Positions 30,415 through 41,600 of a stretch of DNA of 64,000 nucleotides are shown here, in pieces (the stretch's first letter is position 1; each line of letters starts with the position of its first letter). The translations under genes and the position numbers were made by a program. The DNA comes from Staphylococcus phage vB_SsapH-Golestan-100. The notes beneath the pieces were generated by a model, which was not told where the DNA came from, ran no database searches, and was given only the letters and a program-made list of their open reading frames with translations. The stretch lies in sequence record LC647030.1; one strand, written 5' to 3'.

Positions 30415-31017
30415 TTGAAACTACAACCTATAGATAAAGATTACTCTATGCTAGTTGTAAGGCATAAGAGATGTAATAAAGAAATTAAAGTGCATAATTC
30501 AGATTTAGTAAAGTTTTTCCCTTTCAATAACTTATACCAATACTATGTAAATGAGGAAGGAGATAGACTTATTTTTAGAAGATACGCAGGGGTATCTAAT
30601 ACCTCTTATGGTGTGGATGATACGTCAGCTGATGTTATTGAGGATAATAAAACATGTCGATTAGAGAATATGACTAATCCAGTTGTAGAGCAAGAGAACT
30701 TAGCTCTCATAGCACAAGCTAAAGAATGGGGTATACCAACCTTAGTAGATGAGGACTTCACAGAGAAGGACATACAGCAGGGATTCTACAAGCTAGGAGA
30801 CATTTTAGACATGTACTCTTCTATAATTACAGAACGTTATAAGGAGACAGTTAAAAACCCATTCTTTGATGAGAAGCAACGCATTCAGCAGACACGTATT
30901 GCTTTACATAAAGATAACAATAAGAGTTTTGAAGATGAATATAAGTTCATAGGAAGCTTATATACGATGTTAAACTATATGAGAAAAATGGTACGTAAAA
31001 AACAGTACGCAAGGTAG
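30415..31017 (+). CDS. hypothetical protein (200 aa), TTG start
   Basis: RBS taggagga. Confidence 0.45.
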   Translation: MKLQPIDKDYSMLVVRHKRCNKEIKVHNSDLVKFFPFNNLYQYYVNEEGDRLIFRRYAGVSNTSYGVDDTSADVIEDNKTCRLENMTNPVVEQENLALIAQAKEWGIPTLVDEDFTEKDIQQGFYKLGDILDMYSSIITERYKETVKNPFFDEKQRIQQTRIALHKDNNKSFEDEYKFIGSLYTMLNYMRKMVRKKQYAR

Positions 31018-31028
31018 GTGGATAGTTT

Positions 31029-32102
31029 ATGAAGTTTGAAGATTTCTTACCCTCTATTGCAGGGGAGTATAGAGAAGATGCTGTAGGAGAGTATAGATTT
31101 TGTTGCCCTTTCTGTGGAGAGACAAAGTATAAGTTCTATTTAAAGGTTTCTTTAGATAGTGATAATGGACTTTACCAGTGTAAGAAGTGTGGAGAATCAG
31201 GAAACCCTATCACCTTCATGAAAACCTACTTTGGAGCTAAGGACTATAAAGAAGCTAAAGACTTATTAGAGTCTAATGGTGTAGAAATAGAAGATACAGA
31301 CTTCAGAGGGGATTATAAAGACAAGTCATTGAGTGACCATGAGAAATTCATGCTATTCTTAAGTGGAGTGAAAGATACTCCTGAAGTTAAAAGTGATAAG
31401 TCCCCTGTGCCATTACCTACTAATCTCAAGTACATTAGACATAATGCTAATACACAAGAGGCACAACCTTTTATAAAGTATCTTCTTGGAAGAGGTATAA
31501 CAATGCAACAAATGATGAGCTTATCTATTGGTTACGTAGTCAATGGAGGTTATTATAAATCTGATGGCTCATATGCAACTCTAAGAAATTCAGTTGTATT
31601 CTTTACTTATGATTTAGACGGTAACTATGTTTACTGGAATACTAGAAGTATTGATGCCAATGCAGGAATTAAATCTATAAATGCTCCAGGTAAAAAGACT
31701 GAGTATACACGTAAAGATGTTGTTTTTAACTTGGATAAAGCACAGCACGCACCTTATATAGTATTACATGAAGGGGTTTTTGATGCTTTAACATTCTATA
31801 ATACAGGTATAGCCACTTTTGGTAAGCAGGTTACAGATACCCAAGTAGAGTTAATATTGTCAGTACTTAAAGGAACTGAAAAACCTTTATACTTATTTCT
31901 TGATAAGGATGCATTAACAGAAACCATGAATAGCGCAGAGAAGTTTTATAGGGAACACCCGTATACTTATGTAGTACCTCATGGAGATGAAGATGCTAAC
32001 GACTTAGGATTAAAAGAATCAATTAAGATGATAAAAGAAAATGCTATTAAGGCTACACCTGAAAACCTAGCAAACTTTTTTATTTTAGAAAAGTTAGGAT
32101 AA
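31029..32102 (+). CDS. DNA primase (zinc-finger plus TOPRIM)
   Basis: Zinc-binding cysteines in CCPFCGE...CKKCGESG. TOPRIM residues in LHEGVFDALTF and LFLDKDALTE. Confidence 0.7.
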   Translation: MKFEDFLPSIAGEYREDAVGEYRFCCPFCGETKYKFYLKVSLDSDNGLYQCKKCGESGNPITFMKTYFGAKDYKEAKDLLESNGVEIEDTDFRGDYKDKSLSDHEKFMLFLSGVKDTPEVKSDKSPVPLPTNLKYIRHNANTQEAQPFIKYLLGRGITMQQMMSLSIGYVVNGGYYKSDGSYATLRNSVVFFTYDLDGNYVYWNTRSIDANAGIKSINAPGKKTEYTRKDVVFNLDKAQHAPYIVLHEGVFDALTFYNTGIATFGKQVTDTQVELILSVLKGTEKPLYLFLDKDALTETMNSAEKFYREHPYTYVVPHGDEDANDLGLKESIKMIKENAIKATPENLANFFILEKLG

Positions 32103-32106
32103 GGGG

Positions 32107-32135
32107 TTGCATAAGTTTTAAATGTGTGCTATACT
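32107..32135 (+). promoter_or_regulatory. promoter TTGCAT-17-TATACT
   Basis: Read directly from the sequence. It overlaps the track's ATG at 32124, which argues for a start at 32163. Confidence 0.5.
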
Positions 32136-32162
32136 AAAGTAGTAATAAATAAGGAGGTTGTC

Positions 32163-32483
32163 ATGGAGAGTATAAATGATTATATATCAGAAGTACTAAG
32201 GGCTGTAGACACTGATGACACTGAGCAACTTGAAAAGCTTAAGGCACAGGGTAACAGGCTGAATACTACTTACAGTGAAGTAGCAGAGGTAATGCTAAAC
32301 TTCATTAGTACATCTAACTTGCAATTAGACTTTATACAGCATACAATGGAGAAGAAACTAGAAATATTGATAAAGTCCTTGTATGATAGTAAAGTAGTAA
32401 CTAAAGAGCAAGTTATAGAAATGAATACAGCAATGGACAAGTTAGAGCAATACTTAGAATCAGAAATGTATAAAAACTTATAA
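32163..32483 (+). CDS. hypothetical protein (106 aa)
   Basis: RBS aaggagg precedes the ATG at 32163. Confidence 0.45.
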   Translation: MESINDYISEVLRAVDTDDTEQLEKLKAQGNRLNTTYSEVAEVMLNFISTSNLQLDFIQHTMEKKLEILIKSLYDSKVVTKEQVIEMNTAMDKLEQYLESEMYKNL

Positions 32484-32509
32484 AAAAAACTAAAGGAGAT
32501 TTTCAAATT

Positions 32510-32950
32510 ATGGCTAAAAACAATCAACAAAACACAACAGTATCAACAGAGGACTTAAAAACTTGGTTAACTTACTTAGCAACAAAATCAGTAGAAGGTA
32601 AAGAAGAACCAACAGAGATGGACTTAAAACGTTTAGAACGTATTTCTAAAAAATCTATTACTTTAAATAATGCAACAACAGTAGCTAAACTAATGAGTGA
32701 CTTAGAAACACAAGACTTACGTAGTCAATTAGACTTACTACAACAATCATTCTCTGTGTTAGCTTATGTAGTACAACACAAATTAGAAATTACTGACTCA
32801 GAGTTCCAACAATATGTAAGTGACTATGAGAAAGACTTAGAGAAGTATAAAGAAGACATGGTAGAACAAGCTAAGAAAGAACAAGAAGCCAAAGCTAAGG
32901 ATGACAAAGTAGTTTCTATGGACGCTGGTGTTGAAGATGGTAAACAGTAA
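32510..32950 (+). CDS. hypothetical coiled-coil protein (146 aa)
   Basis: RBS aaaggag. Confidence 0.45.
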   Translation: MAKNNQQNTTVSTEDLKTWLTYLATKSVEGKEEPTEMDLKRLERISKKSITLNNATTVAKLMSDLETQDLRSQLDLLQQSFSVLAYVVQHKLEITDSEFQQYVSDYEKDLEKYKEDMVEQAKKEQEAKAKDDKVVSMDAGVEDGKQ

Positions 32951-33542
32951 GAATAAAGGAAATACCTTTGAACGTAAGACAGCAGAGATACTAGGAAACT
33001 GGTGGAAAGCTAAGTTCAACAGAAGCCCCCAATCAGGGGGCGCAAGTTGGGCTTCTGAAAATAATGCAGTAGGAGACATAATCACAAGTGCAGAAGCTAG
33101 ATTTCCTCTTGTTGTAGAGTGTAAAGATAGAGAGAACTGGACTTTAGATAATGTGCTACTCAATAATAAGGAACCTCATACATGGTGGCAACAAGTTGTC
33201 GGTGATGCCGAAGCTGTAGATAAGTCTCCATGTTTAATATTTAAAAGAAAGTATTCTCAGATTTATGTAGCATTGCCTTATGTAGAAGATGTTTACATGA
33301 AGCTAAGAGAAAACACTGAACCTATTATGCGTACAGATTTTATTATTAATAACACAGTGAAAGATGAGCTTTATTATGATGTTTTGATTACGACAATAGA
33401 ATCGTTGACTTCTTTAAAACCATCTTATATTAGGTCTCACTATGACAATTTAGACTGGTCAGCATATCGTATAGAAAAAAGTGAAGTAAACAAAGCAACA
33501 CAAGATACTTCATCTATAGACGATATGCTATCTAATATTTAA
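32928..33542 (+). CDS. PD-(D/E)XK nuclease, Holliday-junction-resolvase-like
   Basis: Segments GNTFERKTAEIL, GDIITSA and VVECKD are arranged like Hjc-type resolvases. Confidence 0.4.
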   Translation: MLKMVNSKNKGNTFERKTAEILGNWWKAKFNRSPQSGGASWASENNAVGDIITSAEARFPLVVECKDRENWTLDNVLLNNKEPHTWWQQVVGDAEAVDKSPCLIFKRKYSQIYVALPYVEDVYMKLRENTEPIMRTDFIINNTVKDELYYDVLITTIESLTSLKPSYIRSHYDNLDWSAYRIEKSEVNKATQDTSSIDDMLSNI

Positions 33543-33558
33543 AAGGATGGTAATATAG

Positions 33559-33960
33559 ATGACACATAAAGAAAGACCTTTACTTGTATACTTTTCAGCT
33601 TCAGGGCAAACTGAAAGATTAATAAATAAAATTAACCCTAGTAATAGCTTTTCTACGCAAAGAATAAAAACAGGCACAGAAAAGATTGATAAGGAATATA
33701 TACTTATCACACCTACTTATTTTAAGGGTCAGATACCTAAACAAGTTCAAAATCTTATTACAAATAACCATCCTCCTAAAGAAGTTATTGGAACTGGTAA
33801 TAGACAATGGGGACAAAACTTCTGTGGAGCAGGTAAAAAGATAGCTAGCATGTTTGGTATTAGGCTCATTGAAAAAGTAGAACAATCAGGACACTTTAAG
33901 GAAGTAGATAATATACTAGAATACTTCACAAGACACTATCACATAGAGAAAGCAGGTTAA
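33559..33960 (+). CDS. nrdI: NrdI flavodoxin-like protein
   Basis: Segment LLVYFSASGQTERL. It lies directly upstream of nrdE. Confidence 0.6.
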   Translation: MTHKERPLLVYFSASGQTERLINKINPSNSFSTQRIKTGTEKIDKEYILITPTYFKGQIPKQVQNLITNNHPPKEVIGTGNRQWGQNFCGAGKKIASMFGIRLIEKVEQSGHFKEVDNILEYFTRHYHIEKAG

Positions 33961-33962
33961 TT

Positions 33963-36077
33963 ATGGTAAAAGCTATTGGAGATTGGATAGATTTAAACAA
34001 TGAAATAATGCAAGTTGATGACAAAGGTAAAAACAAATTGTATAAAGATAAGGAAGCTTTACAGTCTTATCAGAATTATGTTAAAGAGAATACGTTGCAA
34101 TTTGACAATGAAGTAGAGAGAGTTAGGTACTTAACTAAAGAAGGCTTATATGATTCTTTCTTTGATTCTGTACCCGATACTATCATTAAGGAATTAACAG
34201 AGTTTGCTTATAGCTTCAATTTTGAGTTCCAAAGTTTTATGGCTTGTCAAAAGTTTTATGAGGGTTATGTTGTATTAAAACATAATAAAGATAAGTCTTT
34301 TAATTTTGTAGAGAACTATGAACAACACAATGTGCGTGTAGCGTTATATATGTTCCAAGATGACTACGCAAAAGCTAGAGCTTTTGTAGAAGAGCTTATG
34401 ACTCAAAGAGTACAACCAGCAACACCTACTTATACTAATGCAGGTAAAGGAAACAGAGGAGAGTTAAGTTCTTGTTACTTATTTAATGTAGATGATACTT
34501 TAGATTCTATGAACTTTGTTGAAAACAACACTAAGAATGCTAGTAGAGTAGGTGGAGGAGTTGCTATAGACTTCACTCGTATTAGACCTGCTGGAGCTAC
34601 AGTAATGGGTAATCCTGGAGCTAGTAAAGGTGTAGTTCCTTATGCTAAAGAGATTGAGCAAGGATTAAGTCGTATAGACCAAGGTGGTAACAGACCAGGA
34701 GCTGGGGCAGGGTATTTAAACATCTTCCATATGGACATCTTCAACTTTTTAGATGCTAAGAAGATAAATGCTTCAGAATCTTTACGTCTATCTACATTGT
34801 CTATAGGTGTTATTATACCTGACAAATTTATGGAACTTGTTAAATCAGGTGAAGACTTCTACACATTCGACACTTACGACATCTTCTTAGAATATGGTAA
34901 GTACATGGATGAGGTTGACTTTAACACAGAATATGATAAACTAGTATCTAATGAGAATATTAGAAAGGAAAAGCACTCAGCAGAAGACTTAGTAACTAAC
35001 ATTGCTAAAACACAGCTAGAGTCAGGCTATCCTTATGTATTTTTCATTGATACAGCTAATGAGAATCACCCTCTAAAACAGTTAGGTAGAGTTAAGATGA
35101 GTAATCTATGTACAGAAATCAGCCAACTACAAGAAATCTCAATCATTAAACCTTACTCATTGCATGATGATACTATCAAGAGAGATGTAGTGTGTACATT
35201 AGCTTCACTAAACTTAGTGAATGTTGTAGAGTCAGGAAAGCTACCATCAGCTGTAGACTTAGGTATGCGTTCTTTATCTAATGTAACTGCTATGATGGAC
35301 TTACCACAATTACCTTCTGTACAAAAGGCTAATGATGAATTAAGAGCTGTAGGTATTGGGGCAATGAACTTGCACGGATTACTAGCTAAGAATAGCGTAA
35401 GTTATGGCTCACGTAATGCTTTAGACATCGTTAATAGCCTATTCAGTGCAATTAACTATTATTCAATTAAAGCATCTATGGAATTAGCTAAAGAGACAGG
35501 TGAAAAATTCCTAGGCTTTGAGCAATCAGAGTATGCTAATGGAGAGTACTTTACTAAGTATAAAGCTAAATCATTCTTACCTATCACTAAAAAAGGTCAG
35601 AAAGTATTATCTAAGACTTATATTCCATCACAATCTGACTGGGAACAATTAGAGAAAGATGTTAAAGAGTTTGGATTATACAATGCTTATAGAGAAGCTA
35701 TCGCACCTACACAATCTATCTCTTACGTACAAAACTCTACAAGCTCTATTATGCCTGTACCTACAGCTATAGAGAAAAGAAAGTACTCAGACAGTGAGAC
35801 ATACTACCCTATGCCTTACTTAGATGAGAAAACACATTACTTTTATGAGTTTGAGTCAGCATATAGACTTGACAACAAAAAAATTATTAATACAAGTGCT
35901 GTAATACAACAGCATATAGACCAAGCAATTTCTACAATTCTATATTTACCTACAACAATACCTACAAATGAAGTAGTAAGCCTATTCTATTATGCATGGG
36001 AGAAAGGTTTAAAATCTATTTATTACGTACGTTCAGGTAAAGAGAGTGCGATTGAGTGTGAGTCTTGTTCAGTGTAA
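33963..36077 (+). CDS. nrdE: ribonucleotide reductase class Ib large subunit
   Basis: Catalytic motif SNLCTEI and C-terminal ECESCS, in a 704-aa protein. Confidence 0.85.
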   Translation: MVKAIGDWIDLNNEIMQVDDKGKNKLYKDKEALQSYQNYVKENTLQFDNEVERVRYLTKEGLYDSFFDSVPDTIIKELTEFAYSFNFEFQSFMACQKFYEGYVVLKHNKDKSFNFVENYEQHNVRVALYMFQDDYAKARAFVEELMTQRVQPATPTYTNAGKGNRGELSSCYLFNVDDTLDSMNFVENNTKNASRVGGGVAIDFTRIRPAGATVMGNPGASKGVVPYAKEIEQGLSRIDQGGNRPGAGAGYLNIFHMDIFNFLDAKKINASESLRLSTLSIGVIIPDKFMELVKSGEDFYTFDTYDIFLEYGKYMDEVDFNTEYDKLVSNENIRKEKHSAEDLVTNIAKTQLESGYPYVFFIDTANENHPLKQLGRVKMSNLCTEISQLQEISIIKPYSLHDDTIKRDVVCTLASLNLVNVVESGKLPSAVDLGMRSLSNVTAMMDLPQLPSVQKANDELRAVGIGAMNLHGLLAKNSVSYGSRNALDIVNSLFSAINYYSIKASMELAKETGEKFLGFEQSEYANGEYFTKYKAKSFLPITKKGQKVLSKTYIPSQSDWEQLEKDVKEFGLYNAYREAIAPTQSISYVQNSTSSIMPVPTAIEKRKYSDSETYYPMPYLDEKTHYFYEFESAYRLDNKKIINTSAVIQQHIDQAISTILYLPTTIPTNEVVSLFYYAWEKGLKSIYYVRSGKESAIECESCSV

Positions 36078-36104
36078 AACAACTAAGAAAGGAAGGTAAG
36101 ATGA

Positions 36105-37109
36105 GTGGTAACAATTAATGATAAAGTAAATAACTATTATAAAGCTCAGGGAATGCAAGATTCCCTTAGAGCTACAAATTGGAATAAAGAAGATGAGATG
36201 CTTGCTAATATGTATTGGAAGCAAGGTCTAGAACAAATGTGGGTTCCTGAGGAGTTTGACATTAGTAAAGACCTAAGTTCTTGGAGTAGCTTAACGGAAG
36301 AACAAAAAAGTTTAATAGCATATCATGAGCCTAGACCACTATTCCAATCTACTTATATGTTTATGGGAATGATGGAAGAAATTCATGCCAAGTCTTATTC
36401 ATATATCTTTACTACGTTATTAAGCAAGAAACAAACCAATTATTTATTAGATACTTGGGTGGAAGAGAATGAGTACTTAACAACTAAAGCTAAGTACATC
36501 GGTTATTACTATAAGCAACTTCTACAACCAAAACCAACTGTCTATGACAGATACATGGCTAAAGTAGCTAGTGCTTTCTTAGAGTCTGCTCTATTCTACT
36601 CAGGATTTTATTATCCTTTATACTTAGCTGGTAAAGGTATTATGGTAGAGTCAGGTTCTATCATTAGAAAAATTACAGAAGATGAAGCTTACCATGGTGT
36701 TGCTGTAGGTATTACTGCTCAGTATGACTATGAGCTATTATCAGAGTCAGAACAAAAGCAAGCTGATAAAGAAGTATATGAATTACTTGACATCTTATAT
36801 AAAAATGAGGTAGAATATACTCATACCTTATATGATAAGTTAGAGCTTTCAGATGATGTTATCAACTATGTAGAGTATAACTTTAACAGAGCACTTCAAA
36901 ACTTAGGTAGAGATGATTATTTCAACCCTGAACCATTTAACGCTATTGTTGAGAATCAAACTAACTTAGAAGCTATTAATAACACAGACTTCTTTAGTGT
37001 GAAGGTTACAGATTATGGAATGTCATTAAACATTGAAGCTTTGAGAGCATCAGATTTTGAGTTCGAGAACAGTAAGCAAAGTAAGATAGTAGATGAATTT
37101 TTAAATTAA
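36105..37109 (+). CDS. nrdF: ribonucleotide reductase class Ib small subunit
   Basis: N-terminal NWNKEDE and WVPEEF, typical of R2 proteins. The RBS aaggaagg precedes the GTG at 36105. The in-frame ATG at 36153 is an alternative start. Confidence 0.65.
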   Translation: MVTINDKVNNYYKAQGMQDSLRATNWNKEDEMLANMYWKQGLEQMWVPEEFDISKDLSSWSSLTEEQKSLIAYHEPRPLFQSTYMFMGMMEEIHAKSYSYIFTTLLSKKQTNYLLDTWVEENEYLTTKAKYIGYYYKQLLQPKPTVYDRYMAKVASAFLESALFYSGFYYPLYLAGKGIMVESGSIIRKITEDEAYHGVAVGITAQYDYELLSESEQKQADKEVYELLDILYKNEVEYTHTLYDKLELSDDVINYVEYNFNRALQNLGRDDYFNPEPFNAIVENQTNLEAINNTDFFSVKVTDYGMSLNIEALRASDFEFENSKQSKIVDEFLN

Positions 37110-37122
37110 AGGAGAATGCAAA

Positions 37123-37449
37123 TTGGAACAAGCAAAAACATTAGTAGACTTAGGAACATCAATCAAAACAAGAAAAGACTTATCAGTTATCTTTACAAAG
37201 AATAACTGCCCTATGTGTCAAATGCTATTCATTAGAGTAGGTAGTATGGAAGATGAAGGAGAGATTGAAACTCCTATCATGATTCATAACATTGAGGATG
37301 ATGACTATGAGAAAGCATCTGAACTATATGACTTATCTTCTACACCTACAATGGTAAGATTTAAAGATGGGAAAGAGATTGGAAGAGCATCATCAATCGG
37401 ATTAAGCCCTGAAAAGTTTGAAGAATTAGATACAGGAAATATTGAATAA
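37123..37449 (+). CDS. glutaredoxin/thioredoxin-like protein (NrdH-like)
   Basis: CPMC redox motif. It lies downstream of nrdEF. TTG start preceded by the RBS aaggaga. Confidence 0.5.
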   Translation: MEQAKTLVDLGTSIKTRKDLSVIFTKNNCPMCQMLFIRVGSMEDEGEIETPIMIHNIEDDDYEKASELYDLSSTPTMVRFKDGKEIGRASSIGLSPEKFEELDTGNIE

Positions 37450-37458
37450 AAATAACAC

Positions 37459-37487
37459 TTGACTGTAGCTCCCTTTTATGGTATACT
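37459..37487 (+). promoter_or_regulatory. promoter TTGACT-17-TGgTATACT
   Basis: Read directly from the sequence. The -10 element ends 13 nt before the ATG at 37501. Confidence 0.5.
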
Positions 37488-37500
37488 CTAAATATACTAT

Positions 37501-38256
37501 ATGAAGGGAGATTTTTTGTTGAGTGGAGCTAAAAAGAAATCATTAACAATAGGAAACACAGACCGTTATTTCAACTTACATGTTATTCACAGGGAAGACA
37601 TAGATAGCATGGTTAAGGTAACGGAACAGACTGAAGATAAGGTTTTACAAGAGTTAGAAAAGCTAGAACAAGCATCTAGAAGGTATACACTAAAAGATGA
37701 CCAAAGGTATCTATACTTTAATAGAGGGTTTAACAACGATAGGCTATTGGACTTGTTAACATCACATGGGGGAGAGGTTCATTTCTATACAACAACAACT
37801 GTACCCTACTATGTGTTAAAACAGTTAGCTAAAAATAAGAACTCTAGTGTAATATATGGGTTATCAAACACATATACACATAATCAAATTGACAACATAG
37901 GATTGTCATATATGGCTACGCATGTTACTATGGACATACCAGTTGTTATACCTGACATTAATCCTTACAAGATTTTAGATAATCTTAGTAACCTAAAGAC
38001 AAATGTCGATGAGGTTCAACTATCTTTTCCTAGGTTGAAGGAGATAAGAGACAATCAAAAACCATATTATTCTTTTGATGGGGAAATGTATGATGTTAAA
38101 CCTGAAGAAAAAATAAAGTATGCTGAATACCTAAGAAATAGTCTATCTATATGGAAGATGTACTTGTATATCATAGCTAATACAGATAAAGATTATAAAG
38201 CCTTAGATAAATCAATAAAAGCAACAAAAAATAAACGTAGTGGTAAAAGAAAGTAG
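37501..38256 (+). CDS. hypothetical protein (251 aa)
   Basis: The ORF begins at an ATG with essentially no leader. An in-frame TTG at 37519 has the RBS AAGGGAGA 8 nt upstream. Confidence 0.45.
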   Translation: MKGDFLLSGAKKKSLTIGNTDRYFNLHVIHREDIDSMVKVTEQTEDKVLQELEKLEQASRRYTLKDDQRYLYFNRGFNNDRLLDLLTSHGGEVHFYTTTTVPYYVLKQLAKNKNSSVIYGLSNTYTHNQIDNIGLSYMATHVTMDIPVVIPDINPYKILDNLSNLKTNVDEVQLSFPRLKEIRDNQKPYYSFDGEMYDVKPEEKIKYAEYLRNSLSIWKMYLYIIANTDKDYKALDKSIKATKNKRSGKRK

Positions 38257-38265
38257 GTAGCTAAA

Positions 38266-38586
38266 ATGGCAAAAAAGGAAAATAAAACAGCTTCTAGAAA
38301 GGATTTAGCTAGGTATATATCAAAGAGTACAGGTATCTACGTAGAGGATGCTGAATATGTACTACAGCATTTAGAGGATGCTATATCAAAAGCTGTAGAA
38401 GATGGTTACAATAAGATAAATATTGGTACATCAGTAGGTATAAGAATAAAACACAGAGAAGAAAGAGAAATTTGGGATGGTATTAGAGAACAGTATACTA
38501 TTACACCTCCTAAGCATTTAATAAAGCTAACACCATTGTATAAGTTAAAAAAAGCTGTAGAAAAGCTTGACTATGTAGATAAATAG
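38266..38586 (+). CDS. HU/IHF-like DNA-binding protein
   Basis: The N-terminal pattern SRKDLARYISKSTGIYVEDAEYVL...AISKAV resembles HU-family proteins. Confidence 0.45.
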   Translation: MAKKENKTASRKDLARYISKSTGIYVEDAEYVLQHLEDAISKAVEDGYNKINIGTSVGIRIKHREEREIWDGIREQYTITPPKHLIKLTPLYKLKKAVEKLDYVDK

Positions 38587-38624
38587 AGTTATACTTAGTT
38601 TATGTTTAGAAGGAGAGGATAGAT

Positions 38625-41600
38625 TTGACAGAACAAGCCAACAAAAAGGTACTTATTTTAGGAGAGTACCCAAGATTAGACCATTATAAAAATAATGTGT
38701 ATGATTACTTCAATACTCAAATGGGACGTACACTTAAAGCTGTAGTCAAAGAGTATGCAGGAATTACCGCAAAGGACTTTACATATCTTAACACTTGTAA
38801 GTTTGTTCCTGATGTATTACAGGAGCGTAGAGGTAAGGTTATAAAGTATAAGGAACCTACTATTACAGAGATGCAAAAAGGTAGAGCTGTATTAGATGAA
38901 GAAGGTAATATACAAAAAGATGAAAATGGTGAAGAGGTAAGAAAAGGCTCTTCATATATACAAACAACTAAAGAAATTCTTGAATTAAAGCCTGACATCG
39001 TTATGCCTACGGGTAAGTTAGGGGTTAAATTACTTCTAGACATTTCTAGTATAACAAAAGCAAGAGGGGTGCCTGTTAAGACAACGATAGAGTATGAAGG
39101 AGATAGCCATACATTTTGGGTACTACCTACACTCTCTATTGAGTATGTTACAGTAAGACCTAACTTAGAAAGACAAGTAGCTAGTGACTTTATGACATTA
39201 TCTAAGTATCTTAAGCAAGGAGATAAAGCTTTTGAGGCTGGAGATGTTAAATATGAATTAGTTACCAATATAGAACGTGTTAGAGAAATATTCAATAATG
39301 ACATAAAACAGCAATATGATGATTATAAAATTGTAGCATGGGATACAGAGACTAATACATTACAACCTGATAAAGAAGGTTCTAAAATATTAGTACTTAC
39401 TATGACATGGAAGTTTGGTCAAGGTGTTACAATACCTATTCATAAAGCTGACTTTGAGTGGCCTAATGGAGAACAAGACGTTCAAGAGATTATGCAACTA
39501 TGGAAAGAATGGTTAGCAGACAAGAGCCAACAAAAAGTAGCTCATAACTGTAACTATGATGAAAATGTACTACGACATGTTGCAGGTTTTACAGACATAG
39601 AAAGTGTCCAAGATACAAAGGTTGGGTGGTACTTAGCTGTATCACAAGAATCAGCAGAGTCTTTGAGATTATCTGACTTAGCTTATGAGGTAACAGACAT
39701 GGGCGGTTATGATACACCTTTAGAGAGCTTTAAGAAGTGGTATAAAGGAGACCTTCTGAAGTATCTAGAAAAAGAGATAAAAGAAAAAGTTAAAGAAAAC
39801 AAGAAGCTTGCTAAAAAGGTACATGGTATTAAAGCTACTGAGTATAAACAATGGTTAGAGGACAATATTGATACAACTAAGTCTTATACAGATGTTAGTA
39901 ATCAGTTTATTGCTCTAGATTTATTACCTGAGACCGTAACAAAAACATCTCTTATCAATAGTGAGTCATTCAAAGCGATAGTAGAAAAGTCACCTGAATA
40001 TATGGGTCTTTCTGACGATAGTAAAGCCTATGTGTTAGATAATGCATTAGAGCAAATTAATACAAACAAAGAAGCATCTAAGGTTCGTAACCAAGTAGAT
40101 GATAGTACATTTGACTATGACTGGATTCCGCTAGAGTTAATGCATCCTTATGCTTCAGGAGACACAGATTGCTGTAGACGTATATACACTAACGTCAGAG
40201 AACGACTAAAAGATAAGCCTAAGCTAGAATACCTTTTAACTACTAGCTACCCTAGACTTGAAAGAACACTAACTAAGATGCAATATAATGGTCTTCATTT
40301 AGATGTTGATTATGCTGTAGAGAATGATAAAGTCTATGAGGAGAAGTTAAAAGAAGTAGAGGAGAATATTACAAACCACTGGTCAGCTCAGGAAGTTATT
40401 TCTGAGAAATCTTACCTATATCAATTAGGTGTAGAAGAGTTTGCTAAACCACCTGCTGAAAGAGATAAGGTGTTAGCTAACTACAAGACTAAGTATAAAC
40501 CTGAGAAGCAAATATTTAACCCTGGCTCAATAGATGATAAAGCTAAGTTACTCTTTGAGGTTTTAGGTATGGAATTACCTTATAATAGAGAGTTTATTAA
40601 AAAGTCAGCTCTAGATGCAAATAAACCTGAAGATAAAATAACAACTAAAGACTACAAGACGGATAAAAAGGTTATTGCTCACCTAGCTAAGAGCTATCCT
40701 GAGCATAAAGACATTATGGACTTACTGTTAGCCTATTCAGACTATTCAACAGTACGTTCTACCTTTACATCAGGATTCTTAGAGCGTTATAATAAAAATA
40801 CCAGCAAGTTACATGGTACTTATAATAGCGCAGGTACAGAGACAGGTCGTTTATCTTCTCGTGCTCCAAACCTACAAAACTTACCTCGTAAGTCAACAAA
40901 TGTAAAAGAGTTTGGGTATAAACATCCTGTTAAAAGAACTTTTACTTCATCATTTGAGAATGGAGCTTTAATACAAGCCGACTATAGTGCCTTAGAGATG
41001 AGAATTATTGCCCTATTTACTAAAGATGAAGGACTAACTCAAGCCTTTTTAGATGGTGAAGATGTCCATAAGGCTACAGCCTCTATAGTGTTTGGTAAAC
41101 CTATGGATGAAGTAACAGATGAAGAAAGAACTAAGTCTAAAGCAGTAAACTTCGGATTGGCTTATGGTGAAACTCCGCAGTCATTCTCTGCTAAAAATGA
41201 CATGACTGTAGAAGAGGCAGAGAGTATATTTGAGCAATACTATAGAACTAAACCACAAGTAAAACAAGCTATTGACGATGTACATCAGCAAGCTATTAGA
41301 GTAGGTTATGTAGAGACTATGCACGGTCATAGACGTATCCTTAAAGGAGCGCAAAGTAGAGATAATCAAATAAAGAATAGAGCCTTAAGACAATCTTTTA
41401 ATGCTATTATTCAAGGTACAGGTGCTTATTTAACTAATATGGCCTTAACTTTTATTGATGACTTCTTGACAAAACACAATTATAAGTCTAAACTTATACT
41501 AACAGTACATGACAGTATTGTTGTAGATTCTCCTGAAGATGAGGTACTAGAGGTTTCTAAAGCTGTTAAATACATTATGGAAAACTTACCGTATGACTTC

